64,000 bases of DNA, taken from IMG/VR virus record IMGVR_UViG_3300028025_003852, positions 8,815 to 72,814 of that record; one strand, written 5' to 3'. The translations under genes were made by a program, and so were the position numbers. Position 1 is the stretch's first letter. Every line of letters starts with the position of its first letter. Below are positions 50,201-61,100 of this stretch, one piece after another. This stretch comes from a virus. The notes below the pieces were generated by a model. The model worked only from the letters and a program-made list of their open reading frames with translations, had not been told where the DNA came from and ran no database searches.

Positions 50201-50486
50201 GAATGATAAGGTGATTATAGTTAAGGTCTAGAGGGTCGTTCTTGTCCTTCTTATCCTCATGGTCGTGGCGGTCTTTTGCAATATACCCCTCAATACCAAG
50301 GATAGGCTTAATTCCTGCTTCTTTAGCAGCACGATACATTTCACGGTGTCCAGATAGCGAACCATGATCGGTAATCGCAATAGCTGGCATTCCTAGTGCG
50401 ACGGCTCTGTCAACATATTCCTGTGGTGTAGCAATACCGTCAAATAGCGAGTAGTGGGTGTGAACGTGTAGTCCAGCGTAACTCAT
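47214..50486 (-). CDS. dnaE: DNA polymerase III alpha subunit
   Basis: HVHTHYSLFDG PHP domain, GRGSAAGSL, PDIDTD, HAAGVV, YSFNKSHA. Confidence 0.96.
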   Translation of the reverse strand: MSYAGLHVHTHYSLFDGIATPQEYVDRAVALGMPAIAITDHGSLSGHREMYRAAKEAGIKPILGIEGYIAKDRHDHEDKKDKNDPLDLNYNHLIILAKNAKGLENLNKLNEIAWTEGFYKKPRMDWSILEKYKEGLVITSGCLSGYLAKAIEADNLAAAKFHLQWAKDTFGDDYYIEVMPHNPPEINKIILELADEFGIKPITTPDCHHSDPGQKEIQELKLILNSYSNKTDKNASFDKSREYDNLMDRLDYLYGADRQMTFNKFEIHLLSDEEMRSAMTAQGIDREDIYSNTLEIVDKIEDYNIEDHMDLLPVQYQKPNDELRNLAMEGLTALGFAENQEYLDRLDEELQVIKDKNFGPYFLVVRSMIAWAKKEGIMVGPGRGSAAGSLLCYALGITDIDPIEHGLLFFRFINPERNDFPDIDTDIQDSRREEVKDYLVRQYRHVASIATFLQFKGKGMVRDIARVLMIPLPDVNKVLKLVDDWDDYCNSKSTEWFREKYPEVEMYGEQLRGRIRGTGIHAAGVVTAKEPIFKYAPLETRTSPGSKERIPVVAVDMEEAERIGLIKIDALGLKTLSVIQDTIAIIKERTGDVIELHDIDMQDKNVYGMLSDGFTKGVFQCEATPYTNLLVKMGVKNFSELAASNALVRPGAMNTIGKDYIARKHGKQNISYHHQVMKTFTQETYGCILYQEQVMQACVELGGMSMAEADKVRKIIGKKKDAKEFDQFQDKFVQGATQYLGEEGARNLWHDFEAHAGYSFNKSHAVAYSTVSYWTAWLKYHYPIEFMFALLKNEKDKDARTEYLIEAKRMGISIKLPHINDSDIDFKIEGKGIRFGLSAIKYISDNIAQKYISARPFSSYKELEEFTFGKGNGVNSRALSALRLIGAATFEDNPRNDEDIRQNLYEYLNLPEFNISVPSHYNAYITDTEEYEEKGSFVLMGIVKNIKRGKGWSRVEILDKTGVAGIFDNEDTLIEAGKTYLILASDNRISFAVPVDDIKESDSSLIKYMNYRMLPYKEEEMMVISFKPRVTKAGKKMAYMVVADSGRELHSVTVFPTQFPKAYMKVQEGNVYNFSFAKTKDGTTILEDIK

Positions 50487-50513
50487 TTAAAATCTTTCTG
50501 TTAGAAGTTGATA

Positions 50514-50543
50514 GGGGGGCAGCCTGTACTCAAGCCACCCCCC
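50514..50543 (-). terminator. GC-rich hairpin between SSB and dnaE
   Basis: GGGGGGTGGCT/GGCTGCCCCCC stem; weak U-tract. Confidence 0.45.
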
Positions 50544-50550
50544 AGATTGT

Positions 50551-51201
50551 TTACCAGTCAGTGTTCGTTGAAGAAGTTACTGATGGTGTGTCGAATCCAA
50601 AGTAGAAAGCCTCTTGCTCTGAATATGGGATTTCACGAAGGACAGCTTCCAAGTCGTTCATCTCAAGTGCAGACCAATCGAATGGCTCGGTGTCTGGACC
50701 CTTTGGAATAAGGGTGTAGTTTGTCTCAGTACCCTGACCGTTACGCTTGATCTTCCATGTCAGGTTAGAGATTCCATTGGTATCGCCATAGAACTCCATA
50801 AGAGTTGGCACAGCCGACTGCTTGCTAATGCCCTGTGACCAAACAGCTACGTATGGAGACTCAAGTCCGTCGTCAACGAGGACGTTGCAGTAGAAGCGAT
50901 TACGTGCTCGCCAGCCTGCCTTGGGGTCCTTACGAGCCATCTCACAGCCGTAGCAACGGCCCTCTGAGTCCATACTACAAGCAGCCTTACGCTTGTAGTC
51001 CTTTGGGTTAGTGTGTTCTGCATACACCACAGCAAGACCACGGTCTTCTGAGAAGTGTGCAGAGTCTGCGTCAAGCTCTTCTACAAAGCGGATAGTCGCA
51101 GATTGTCCATCAGCAAGCTTGAGCCAACGGACCTTAGTTCCTTCATATTTTGGTTTTTCGAGTAGGGCGTTGATATTCTTAATTCCCTTAATTGCACTCA
51201 T
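50551..51201 (-). CDS. Single-stranded DNA-binding protein (gp32-like)
   Basis: L.DG.S..IRF, C..C..C, IKRNGQGTETNY, acidic/aromatic tail; position next to dnaE. Confidence 0.7.
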   Translation of the reverse strand: MSAIKGIKNINALLEKPKYEGTKVRWLKLADGQSATIRFVEELDADSAHFSEDRGLAVVYAEHTNPKDYKRKAACSMDSEGRCYGCEMARKDPKAGWRARNRFYCNVLVDDGLESPYVAVWSQGISKQSAVPTLMEFYGDTNGISNLTWKIKRNGQGTETNYTLIPKGPDTEPFDWSALEMNDLEAVLREIPYSEQEAFYFGFDTPSVTSSTNTDW

Positions 51202-51225
51202 ACTTTCTCCTTATTGTTGAGGTTA

Positions 51226-52170
51226 TTAGTTTAGCATAGATATGATTGACTTGTCAAACGAGACTTCTAGTTTCGTCAGTTCTTCATCAGCCATATCTCC
51301 AATATCCTTGTATTTGTTATCTAGTTGTATTGTGTTTACACGAGATCCAAGCTTATCAATAATCTTAGATTTCATATTCCCTCCTGCATCATCATTATCT
51401 GCAATAACAATTACGTTATTGAAGTATTTTTTGAGCAGGTCAATTTGGTAGTTTGATACGTTGGCTCCCAATGTTGCTACCGCTGGAAGCCCTACCTGGT
51501 CAAGGCGTATAACATCGAATGATGATTCGACAATATAAACCCTGTCTGCTGTCTTTACCCTGTGGAGGTTAAACAGAAGTTTTGATTTAGGAAGTCCTGG
51601 AGTATTCTTAAACTCTTTTCCTTCTACAGATCTACCAACAAAGCCTACAGCCATGCCGTCTGGAGAATGGACAGGAATAGTCACCATGTCTTGCTTTTCA
51701 GAATATCCAAGAGCAAACTTGTTTACGGAATGTTCTGTAATAAAACGTCCTGAATAGTATCTCATTGCACGAGGTGATTCGATTGCCTGTTGGTTTAATC
51801 TTTTAACCATTAGCTCATCGAACTGTTTGTAGTCTGGCTTATCGATCAGACGCTTTCCGACCTCAGCTTCAAGATTGCTTTCTGTTCTTTTAGAGTTAAC
51901 AAAACGCACAGCTTCAAAGTATGTACGACCAGAAACATGCATCACAAGCTCTACTAGATTTGAGACGTGGTGACAAGAAAAACAAAAGAATATTCCAGAC
52001 TGCTTGTCTACTTCTCCAGCAGGTGTTCTATTGTTTGCGTGGAATGGGCAATAAATGATATAGTCAGAGTCAACCTCGGACTCAATGTCTACGCCTGTTC
52101 CTCGGAGTACTCTTGTAATTTGCTCTTCTGTAAAGGTATCGCTACCGTTCCGTCTATTCCCTCTATGCAT
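51226..52170 (-). CDS. dnaG: DNA primase (CHC2 zinc finger + TOPRIM)
   Basis: CPFH...CFSC, IVESSFD, ADNDDAG, KDIGD. Confidence 0.88.
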   Translation of the reverse strand: MHRGNRRNGSDTFTEEQITRVLRGTGVDIESEVDSDYIIYCPFHANNRTPAGEVDKQSGIFFCFSCHHVSNLVELVMHVSGRTYFEAVRFVNSKRTESNLEAEVGKRLIDKPDYKQFDELMVKRLNQQAIESPRAMRYYSGRFITEHSVNKFALGYSEKQDMVTIPVHSPDGMAVGFVGRSVEGKEFKNTPGLPKSKLLFNLHRVKTADRVYIVESSFDVIRLDQVGLPAVATLGANVSNYQIDLLKKYFNNVIVIADNDDAGGNMKSKIIDKLGSRVNTIQLDNKYKDIGDMADEELTKLEVSFDKSIISMLN

Positions 52171-52415
52171 TGTGATTGTTTTTTCCCTAAGTATGTCCCG
52201 TAAAGTGAGATCATGAATTCAAATACATCTTTTTTCTCATTATAGTATATCGTAAAATCTGTGTCAATGTCTAGTCTTGGTACATATCCTGTTAACACCA
52301 TTTCAGTTTTCAAAAGCCTGATGTATTCATCTTTGAGTCTAACTATAGATGAATCATCTTGGAAGATTCCGTCTAAGGTAAATCTTTTGATAGGTTTATG
52401 GTGAAAATTTTCCAT
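52089..52415 (-). CDS. Hypothetical protein
   Basis: Leaderless start after TATAAT. Confidence 0.6.
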   Translation of the reverse strand: MENFHHKPIKRFTLDGIFQDDSSIVRLKDEYIRLLKTEMVLTGYVPRLDIDTDFTIYYNEKKDVFEFMISLYGTYLGKKQSQCIEGIDGTVAIPLQKSKLQEYSEEQA

Positions 52416-52427
52416 ACTCCATTATAA

Positions 52428-53648
52428 CTAGTTATCTTCAAAGTCTTTGTACTTATATGTACCCTTGTCAAAATCAGCCTGCACCATGAATTCACCCATA
52501 AAACCATTACGATTCTTACGAAAAACACACTCTATAATGTCGGAGTTTGTACCACGACCAAGAGCCATAACCCAGTCAGCATCGTATGCAATCTGTCGTG
52601 ACCAAGCGGTCTGACCAAGTGTTGGAACAGTGTCTAGCTTAGTTACATCATCTGGTGTTGCTGATGAGATAGCAATAATGGGAACCTCTTCTGAAATAGC
52701 CATAAGCTTTAGTTCACGAGAAAGGTTTTTCATTCGAACAGTTTCGTTGTCTGACTTTTGGTTTGGCGACATAAGCTGCAAATAGTCTACAATAACAAAG
52801 TCTGGTTTGTACTGATCTATCTTACCACGCAATACTGAGGGCGTAATCTCTCCACCAGAATCATTTGAAATAATGTGAAACTCTGGCTTTCCTGCAAGAT
52901 TTTTCGTGTGCCAAGATTTTAGCATATCAAGCTCTACCTGACCAGCAGAAAGCTTTCTGTGTGACCAAAGGCCTTCCCCCATAATTGTAAAGACACGATT
53001 ACGAACCTCTGTCTCACTCATCTCAAGGCTAACAACCATTGGAGACTTGCCCTGCTTCCATGCCTGTACCGCAAAATAAAGCGATAGCCATGACTTTCCA
53101 ATACCTGGATAAGCAAGGAATACTCCAAGCTGTCCTGGCGTAATTCCAGCAGGAAGGTAGTTGTCGAAACCCGGAAGACCAGTCTTGATTCCTGTGAACC
53201 CTAGAGCAGCCTGCTCTTGAACATTTGTATAGTATGCAATCGCATCATCAATATCTGTAACATCAATATCACGGATTGCAGAAGTGTTCTTCTTTAGTTC
53301 TGATGTCATTGTAATCAATGACTCAAGTACCTCTACACCCTTACCACCTTGAATATCTGTAGCTGCTGTGCGAACAATGTCCTTTAGACTATCATTAAGG
53401 TACTCTGCCTGTAGTTCTTCTAGGTGGTGCTTTGTTGCCCCTACCCCAGAAACTGGCTCAAAGTCACGGAACTTCTCAACAACTAGTGCTGTTGGTGGAA
53501 CCGTGCCATTATGATCAAAGTAGTTACGAACAAACTGCCAGATATCATTATGAGTACGTAGCATGTTGTCTACGTTTGCCTGAAGCAAAACGTGGACCTG
53601 CTTATCCTCTAACACAGCAGAGATAAGCTTTGCCTCTGAATTACTCAT
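52428..53648 (-). CDS. dnaB: DnaB-like replicative helicase
   Basis: AYPGIGKS, SLEMS, IVDYLQLM, DADWV, KNRNG. Confidence 0.92.
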   Translation of the reverse strand: MSNSEAKLISAVLEDKQVHVLLQANVDNMLRTHNDIWQFVRNYFDHNGTVPPTALVVEKFRDFEPVSGVGATKHHLEELQAEYLNDSLKDIVRTAATDIQGGKGVEVLESLITMTSELKKNTSAIRDIDVTDIDDAIAYYTNVQEQAALGFTGIKTGLPGFDNYLPAGITPGQLGVFLAYPGIGKSWLSLYFAVQAWKQGKSPMVVSLEMSETEVRNRVFTIMGEGLWSHRKLSAGQVELDMLKSWHTKNLAGKPEFHIISNDSGGEITPSVLRGKIDQYKPDFVIVDYLQLMSPNQKSDNETVRMKNLSRELKLMAISEEVPIIAISSATPDDVTKLDTVPTLGQTAWSRQIAYDADWVMALGRGTNSDIIECVFRKNRNGFMGEFMVQADFDKGTYKYKDFEDN

Positions 53649-53949
53649 TTAACCATTCCTTTGCTCTAGCCCTACGCTCTTGTCGTTCTTTCTCGTCTAC
53701 CTTTTGTTGCCGAACAGCAGAAATAATACTGTCAGCATAGTTTGCAAAATACTTCCAACTTGGCGATGGAGCAACATCAAAGTAATACTCCAACAGGTCG
53801 TAGCATTGTGGCAAGCCGTATGATTCAATTAATGCATCTGCTGCCCATTGCTCAACATTCAAATTCAACAATGGCTTTTTCTCATGCTTTATAACATAAA
53901 GCTTGGAATACCTACTGAGCAAAGCCATACGATCTTTGCGTTCAGCCAT
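53641..53949 (-). CDS. Putative helicase loader/accessory protein
   Basis: Coupled directly upstream of dnaB; function inferred from position. Confidence 0.45.
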   Translation of the reverse strand: MAERKDRMALLSRYSKLYVIKHEKKPLLNLNVEQWAADALIESYGLPQCYDLLEYYFDVAPSPSWKYFANYADSIISAVRQQKVDEKERQERRARAKEWLNE

Positions 53950-54155
53950 TACTCTTTAATTTCAGACTTAGCTTCGTTAATCTTTTCAACAAGCTTTGAT
54001 TCAACGAATGCGTACACTCGCTCAAATGCTTCTGTGATGTTCTCTCCATCACGACGTGAGTCAACTACACCAAGATCGATTCGTAGTGACTGGAAGTTGC
54101 CAAGGTTAAGTGTGTAACCCAATGTAACATTTACCTTTGTTTCTTCGTTATTCAT
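53949..54155 (-). CDS. Small conserved protein (TLNLGNFQSLRID)
   Basis: Heads the coupled run into dnaB. Confidence 0.65.
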   Translation of the reverse strand: MNNEETKVNVTLGYTLNLGNFQSLRIDLGVVDSRRDGENITEAFERVYAFVESKLVEKINEAKSEIKE

Positions 54156-54177
54156 CTCTCATACCCCTTTCGAAGGC

Positions 54178-54714
54178 TTAAATACTTTCTGACCAAACAG
54201 GAATAAACCTGCCGTCTTCTGTTCTCGTATATGTCAGTATACCACTGCCTAAACGGCGTGTCAACTCTTGTCTAGTAGGAGTTATATCGTTTGTGATAAG
54301 CTTATCCTTTCTTGGTCTTCCCATGTGATAGGTAGAAAGTATATCACGAATTTCGTAAACCTGCGATTCTGAATAGTAGCACCTTATCTGCCACCCTCTT
54401 TCTCCGCCCTTGGATGCCCCCCTAGGCTCTGGAATGATCCCACGCTTCATGAGACTAGGCATATATTTTCTATGACGATTTACTAAGATAGCTACTTCTC
54501 CAACAGTATACGCTCGTTCTCTATTCTTCTTAAAGTCTCCTACTAGACAACTTTCAAGTTGATCCTTGTTCATATTGTAGACAGACATAATGCCGTTAGA
54601 TTTTCCTAAATGATGTACCCTGACCAAATCGCCATTAAGAAACCATACCTTTTTGCTACCAGGTATTACTGGTGCAGAGTTATAGGCCTGTCTGTCAAAT
54701 CCTGGGGATGGCAT
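54178..54714 (-). CDS. MerR-like HTH DNA-binding protein
   Basis: YTVGEVAILVNRH...GIIPEP...RCYYSE. Confidence 0.6.
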   Translation of the reverse strand: MPSPGFDRQAYNSAPVIPGSKKVWFLNGDLVRVHHLGKSNGIMSVYNMNKDQLESCLVGDFKKNRERAYTVGEVAILVNRHRKYMPSLMKRGIIPEPRGASKGGERGWQIRCYYSESQVYEIRDILSTYHMGRPRKDKLITNDITPTRQELTRRLGSGILTYTRTEDGRFIPVWSESI

Positions 54715-54724
54715 TTGTGCCAGC

Positions 54725-55168
54725 CTATACTGGAATGCCGATTGCAATAACGTTTACGCCGACGGTAAACTCACCACTAGTCTCAAACTTAACTGCACCT
54801 CTAACACTACTTGTTGTAACACTTGTTAGAATTACCGTTGCGTTTTTAGCTGCATTGCTAGCTGTGGCACGAAGAGAAATTGGGGTTGCCGTAACAACTG
54901 GGGGATACTTAAATGCAATATCAAAACGATATTCAAAATCTACATATTGATCAGCATTTGTTGTCTTTTCTGTATTGATCTTTACTTGACCACTAACAAA
55001 TTTAACCTCGCTAGACCTTACCTGCTTGCGTCCAGACAAAGTCCAAAGACTAGCATATGCAGAAATCTTAATAGCAACCTTGTCATATAGATCATTGACT
55101 GATCTAACAATGTCAGATATAAAAGTTACATCTAGGGGCTGTCCTCTTTGTGGAATTGGCAGTTTCAT
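54725..55168 (-). CDS. Minor tail protein (H-lectin/gp53-like C-terminus)
   Basis: F...FKYPPVVTAT...VNVIAIG. Confidence 0.6.
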   Translation of the reverse strand: MKLPIPQRGQPLDVTFISDIVRSVNDLYDKVAIKISAYASLWTLSGRKQVRSSEVKFVSGQVKINTEKTTNADQYVDFEYRFDIAFKYPPVVTATPISLRATASNAAKNATVILTSVTTSSVRGAVKFETSGEFTVGVNVIAIGIPV

Positions 55169-55204
55169 GTTTTTCTCCTTATAGTATTATATCAGAAAAA
55201 GTCT

Positions 55205-55993
55205 TTATGGTGTAGCCACATTGGCATATCCAACAGTAAGCAAACTGTTTGGTTTTTTATTAGATGATGCTACCTGGATCATAGCAAACATGTGAGTAGA
55301 GGTTGCAGATATTGTTGTCAAGTCATCACTGGTTTTAATTGTAAGCGGTTTTGACAAATTGTAAGATGTTCTGTCTGTTGTGTCTACATAAACATAATCA
55401 TTAATGGACAATGTTGAAAGTTGCGTTGTTGGGGCAGTAATACTAAACTCGTTTTGTGTTGTGCTCGCAGTACCAGTGCCTCCGACTGGGCTATACTTAA
55501 ATGTATATGGATCGACAACTTCTGTTACAGTTGTTCCTACACGATCATAATCAGTGGTAGTGCCTGATACTGTTATGGTCATTCCTACCTTTAACCCATG
55601 CTCTCTTTTTGTCCCTGTAGGAACATCGCCAGTAAAAAGTGTTACAGTTGCCACAGTTGCAGTTTTAGAAAAGAATCCACTTCCAAGGTCAGCATTAAGA
55701 ATAACAATATTTTGAAATCTATGGACAAAAACATCGTATAGGTTAGCGTTGTTTTCATCGTCCCAGGATAGCAACACTTTTTTGGTAGCTCCAGCTTTGT
55801 TAACCATCGTAGCAACGTTTCCAGAAATAACCGCTGGTCCAGCAATCTCATACACATTTGACCAAGTAGAAATCTTTGTGCCGTCTTCAGTCTTAACTCT
55901 AAACTGAATGGGAATTGTGTTTTGGGGTGAGACAGATATTTGAGATTTAAAAATTGGAATTTCCACCTTTTTTATATCTCTTTGAAGTGCCAT
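55205..55993 (-). CDS. Minor tail protein
   Basis: HGLKVGMTITVSG...TFKY repeat, Thr-rich. Confidence 0.6.
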   Translation of the reverse strand: MALQRDIKKVEIPIFKSQISVSPQNTIPIQFRVKTEDGTKISTWSNVYEIAGPAVISGNVATMVNKAGATKKVLLSWDDENNANLYDVFVHRFQNIVILNADLGSGFFSKTATVATVTLFTGDVPTGTKREHGLKVGMTITVSGTTTDYDRVGTTVTEVVDPYTFKYSPVGGTGTASTTQNEFSITAPTTQLSTLSINDYVYVDTTDRTSYNLSKPLTIKTSDDLTTISATSTHMFAMIQVASSNKKPNSLLTVGYANVATP

Positions 55994-57645
55994 TACCTAT
56001 CACCAACAATTATTGGAAACTTGTATTCAATCAAAGTGGAGTTATTAACATTTTTTTCAACTGGGACTATGTAATTTACTCCAGCAATTGTTTTTGTAGA
56101 TCCAACAGTAGAGTATGCCACAAGCCCGTATGAGGTATTCTGTTCTTCATCATAAACATTCTCAAAAGAAATTGCATCTAAAGCCAATGAGTATTCATCT
56201 GATAGGTTTGCTGCATTATATGGTGATGCTCCAAATGCAGAAAAGTGTATTTTAATTGTGTCTACCGCAGACCATGCAAAATTAGAAGAAACCTCTAAAT
56301 CAGACAGAGGAACACTTTCAGCAAAGTAGCGAGAGCCTGCTAGCTGAGTACTACTTTTATTAATTTTAAGTCTTGCATATTTTGGATTTTCCGTTGCTGT
56401 TTCTGAAGAAAATTCAATAATTATTCCAATATATGATGGGGCACTGTTTGGCGAAGTGCCGTCGGGTTGAGGAACAACCTTTTTATATAGAATAGAAAAA
56501 GCAACTTTTATCTTATCTGAAGATGAGTTTTCGTCAAAAGCATATGTTTGTCCAAGCAAATGCACATGCCTGCTATCTTCAATTCCAGCAGCAATATTCC
56601 CAGAACCAGTAGCTACAGCCATTGTTGTTAGATTGTCAACATTTTGAATATACGAAAGCTTTCCATTTAACACGAGGGTGCTATTGTACATGCGCGGTCT
56701 TTCTTGCTTAGATGTCCTCTCAGCGTTTTCAAAAATGGCCCTATCGGCACCAAAATATGTAGCAGGTGTTGCTAACGACAAACCAATTGTTGCACCATAG
56801 TCGGTGCTTAGTCCTGTAGGAAAATCAACAACAGCTTGTGTTGCCGTATTGTGCAGTTCCCAGTTTTCATAATTAGCAAACGTATGTAGGACACCACTTT
56901 GAGATCCTCTAACAAGATTGTTTGTTCCTGCAGAGTATATTCCTAATTCAGTAATTGATAATCTTTCTTGTGTTGGTGCCTCTGCTCCCAAAACCAGCAT
57001 ATCAACTCCATCTTCGGTTGCCAAGCCTCTTGAAATAATTGGCACTCTTAGCATCTCAAAATCAAGAGACGCTTTACCTGAATAGTCTAGCGATATTGTT
57101 GCTCCACTTTGAACAGTTGGTTTTATTGTTGATAACGTTCCAGCACTTGTTGTTCCAGTTCCAGCTTCTGCAATAAGAAAAACTGTGCTAGAAGGAACTG
57201 CATAAACAGCCACATCTGTATTATTAAAATCTGCATCTGTAAAACCAGTGGTAGTAATTAGGTCTCCCACAACAAGTCTATGGGCTGAAGCAGCAGTATA
57301 TTCTGCATAACCACTTCCAGGAAATACATCATTTACAGCAGTTAACGCTGGAATAGTATAGTTAGCAGGGAATGTTAGTTGAGTACTTGTTACAGTTGCA
57401 ATAGTTTTATCTCCATCAACTCTACCGTCGCTCATATCGACAATAATGTTGTCACCAACTTTAAATGTGTGTCCACCAGAAATAGTTACAGTTACTGTAG
57501 ATCCTGAAATTGAGTATGATGTTGGAGTCTTAGAAGTTGTTGTGCTTGGTGGTGCACCACAGCCTAACGCAAGGTATGAGCCATATGATGGAATCTGACC
57601 AAGCATATATTTTGCTACTAAAGATTTTCCTTTATTTGTTATCAA
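55993..57645 (-). CDS. Minor tail/baseplate protein
   Basis: MITNKGK..., ITELGIYSAG, two H.(F/L).VGD.I beta repeats. Confidence 0.6.
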   Translation of the reverse strand: MITNKGKSLVAKYMLGQIPSYGSYLALGCGAPPSTTTSKTPTSYSISGSTVTVTISGGHTFKVGDNIIVDMSDGRVDGDKTIATVTSTQLTFPANYTIPALTAVNDVFPGSGYAEYTAASAHRLVVGDLITTTGFTDADFNNTDVAVYAVPSSTVFLIAEAGTGTTSAGTLSTIKPTVQSGATISLDYSGKASLDFEMLRVPIISRGLATEDGVDMLVLGAEAPTQERLSITELGIYSAGTNNLVRGSQSGVLHTFANYENWELHNTATQAVVDFPTGLSTDYGATIGLSLATPATYFGADRAIFENAERTSKQERPRMYNSTLVLNGKLSYIQNVDNLTTMAVATGSGNIAAGIEDSRHVHLLGQTYAFDENSSSDKIKVAFSILYKKVVPQPDGTSPNSAPSYIGIIIEFSSETATENPKYARLKINKSSTQLAGSRYFAESVPLSDLEVSSNFAWSAVDTIKIHFSAFGASPYNAANLSDEYSLALDAISFENVYDEEQNTSYGLVAYSTVGSTKTIAGVNYIVPVEKNVNNSTLIEYKFPIIVGDR

Positions 57646-58124
57646 TTGTTTTCACTCCCTCTATTTATTATACCAAACTTCGTGTTAATACCAAAAAGAA
57701 TTTTTACTTCTACAACATACCCTGTTTTTAAATTTTCAAGCTCAATAACAATTGACTCTGTTTCTCCATTAAAATAAACAATTTCATTTGGAGTGTATCC
57801 AAATGGCAAAAAGTCATCTATATCAATTTGATAGTTCTCTAAGTTAGACTGCAGTGTACCAAATGGTATTTCAATGTCACTGGAAAAGAAAGATCCCGAA
57901 TCTTGAATAAAAAGGTTTGTTACGTTTAGTGGACTGTTAATTGTATCACTTCTTGCTGAAGACAGCAACTCCTGGCCACCGATCTGTTCAAACAAGTAGT
58001 CTGTCATTGACTCAATAGAGATATTCTCTTCATCTAAAATAATATCTGGAGAAGCAACTTTGGCTCCAGACTTCCTATATTGATAAATTGGTTTCGGTAG
58101 GAATGGGTCTACTGCATCAACCAT
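57642..58124 (-). CDS. Tail-region hypothetical protein
   Basis: 160 aa coupled ORF. Confidence 0.55.
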   Translation of the reverse strand: MVDAVDPFLPKPIYQYRKSGAKVASPDIILDEENISIESMTDYLFEQIGGQELLSSARSDTINSPLNVTNLFIQDSGSFFSSDIEIPFGTLQSNLENYQIDIDDFLPFGYTPNEIVYFNGETESIVIELENLKTGYVVEVKILFGINTKFGIINRGSENN

Positions 58125-61100
58125 TAGTCAATCACCTCACTTACATATATTGTACTCTTAATTCCGTCACCCTGGCGACTATGTGCAATACTATAGACGA
58201 CAAAACGTGTTGTACTATCAGCAATTATATCAGTTGTACCGTCTTGATAATCGAATGAAACGATGTCTCCCAACTGTAAATGCGGAACCCCAAAAACATC
58301 TAGACCTACAGCTTTTTTAGGAACTGTTACATTCTTAACTAAAAATTTCATTGTGTTTTCAGCAATAGATTTATTTTGAATATACATTGCATCTACCGAG
58401 AATTCTTTTTTGCCATATTTTGCAATGCTGTTTTTAATTCTTTGATAATTATTTTTATTAAGAATAATATTTCCAGATGCAGCACCATTCCAAAATTCTG
58501 GATCAGACAGGTTACTGTTTTCTGCAAAATATTCATCTAGTGTTAGGTCACGATCTGTTTGTTGTGTAAATGTAACCCCTAATATTCTTAGCCAGTTGCC
58601 AGAACTTTCATCAAGACTGATAGCCTTATCGGTTATATTGAAGACAAGGAATTCTGCACCGTATGCAGTTGGTGTAAATCCAGAAATGGCATACCCCTTG
58701 GTGCTATTAAATGTTGGAGCTATGTATGCAGATAAAGCAGGGTATGCTTTGTCATACCTAATATTAAAGTAGTCCATTTCACGCATAATGGTTCCAAACT
58801 CTTCAAACCACAATAATTGCTTTTTGGGTGCCACTGGAGATATACCAGTAAGATAGGTTGAAGATACCGCTTCTGGGAGGGCATATTTTCTAAACGACTC
58901 TTCAATCACTGTTTCTTTAGATAATGATGCAGCAGCAGATAAAGGGGTTTCTGATGAATTATAATAGTTTGCAGACTTATTATTTGAAAGAGCGTAGACA
59001 TTTTCAAACATTGCCCTTGTAGAACCCCTAACAAACAATGCCAGACTGTCGGATATGTTAATTGGGTTTTCTGTATCTGTTACTTTTCCAATTAGTTTAT
59101 TGTTTAGATATAAGTAAAATGTAATTCCAGCTGTTGGCACACCTGCACTGTTTGGCTCAATTGTTTGTGCGTACTCAATTGCTAGATCATATACTGTAGG
59201 GTTTTCCTCTGTAGCCATTCTGTATTGACCAACAAATTTGCCGTCGTCAACAAGAATGTTGGATCTTCCATACCATAGTGGTATTGGCGTTGCTCTTCCT
59301 TGTGAGTTTGCGTTTGCAGTATTTCTTGCTGTCTTGTAAAACATAAGATTGGACAACGACTCATCGTTTGGAGCGTAGGCTTCTATATTTAAAGACGACA
59401 AACCAGCAATTTCAAAAAAGTAGCCGATATTTTCTTTTGAACTCATGAGGGCTATTCCAGCAGAGTTAGCAGAAACTTTTACGTCTCCATATTGACCAGC
59501 AGAAAAAGATCCAGATGGTAATTGAGTCGAAGAGTCTGGAGAATTTTGACCAATTAGTCTAATTCTTGTTCCTACATGATTTGGATTTTGACCAACAAGA
59601 GTAGATAAACTATCCTTTTGCACATATGAAACGAAATCTCTTGGGGTTGATGAAATTGCTGGACCAGAAAAAACTAAAGCCGATGACTGTACGGTTGCTG
59701 TGGATTTTGCTTGTGGAGAGTCTGGATCGTCTTCAGCAAAATATGAACTACTAAGAAAGTTTCTAATCATTCCCGTTCTTGAAGATTTTTTAGCAGTATT
59801 AGTTGACGCAATTGAATCAAAGAAGGTTCCTGCAGAATTGTTAGATGTTGCTGGTATGCTTTTTGAAACATCAAACAATATTGAAGATTCCATAGAAATA
59901 CCCTTAATGTTTGATGTATTCATGGCCCAGTGTGAGTTATTGAGTCCAGCATTATGATAAACTATTCGAGTATTAAACTGACCCCTACCATGTCTGGCAA
60001 CTGCTCCTGGTTTTGGAGTGCTACCGTTTGCTAAATAGAATGGCTCTACAAATATTTTAACTCTGCCTGTTGGGAATATTTTTCCATTAAAGGCCATTTG
60101 AGCAAAGTATTCTGCATACTCTTCAGCAGAACTAATCCATACATTTCCTACACCCTGGACAGAATACTCAACAGCATCAAATCTTATGATTTCTCCATTT
60201 GCATAGAAGTATCCATTATATCGAGTAATCCAGTAGATGCCTTCGCCAAGATTCATAACATTGTTCTTGACCTGGTTGCTCTGATCAACAGATGGTATTT
60301 CCGATGTAAGGTCGGTATGCAAGGGAATTGCAGCCAAAGAATATGCAGACTGATTTTGTATTTCTCCATTTTCAGGCTTTGTCTGTTCTGTAGGGCTTAC
60401 CTCCCATAGCACAACTGGCTTATAGGTGAATACCCTATCGTTATCAAGTAGCGATGCTTGTCTGATCTCTCTTACAGTTCTCTGGATATATCTTTCTGTA
60501 TATGTAATCTTTCCACCGTTGTATATATCCTGGTCTTGACTTTGGATATCAATAATGTTTGCTAGTGCAGGTCCGTTGCTATTCCCTCGCAAAACAAGGT
60601 CTTCTGTATTTGTTGGTCTATCTCCAATTCCTGGAAGCATATAGCTTTTACTCATTAAGACTAGATTATTGTATTCGTCAAAAAACATTGCTGTTTGTGT
60701 AGATACCGCAAGGTCTTCTAAAACTTTTGCAACAGATGTATTTGGCTCAACAAAAAAGTCCTGGATAATAGGCTCATCGTCATTTGGAGATTTCTTGTAT
60801 ATGTAATTTGTAAAGCCAATAGAGTCTAAAACCATAGCAACTGCATAACTAAAAGATGCATTTCGCACAAACGTTTCTGGCATTGTCAAAGACTCAAACT
60901 GAACAAACAAGTCTCTAAGATCTAGGCTTACATTTCTTGTCTTGGCATCTACCATTGGGAAGATGTCTGCATACATTGTCTTAATCGGAATATAGACATC
61001 ACTCACACTTCCACCGCTAGAAACATTTTTAATAATTTCAAAAAATTTAAACTGCACATTTCTCTGTAATCTTTTAGCAATTACACTGTCTTCATTTTCA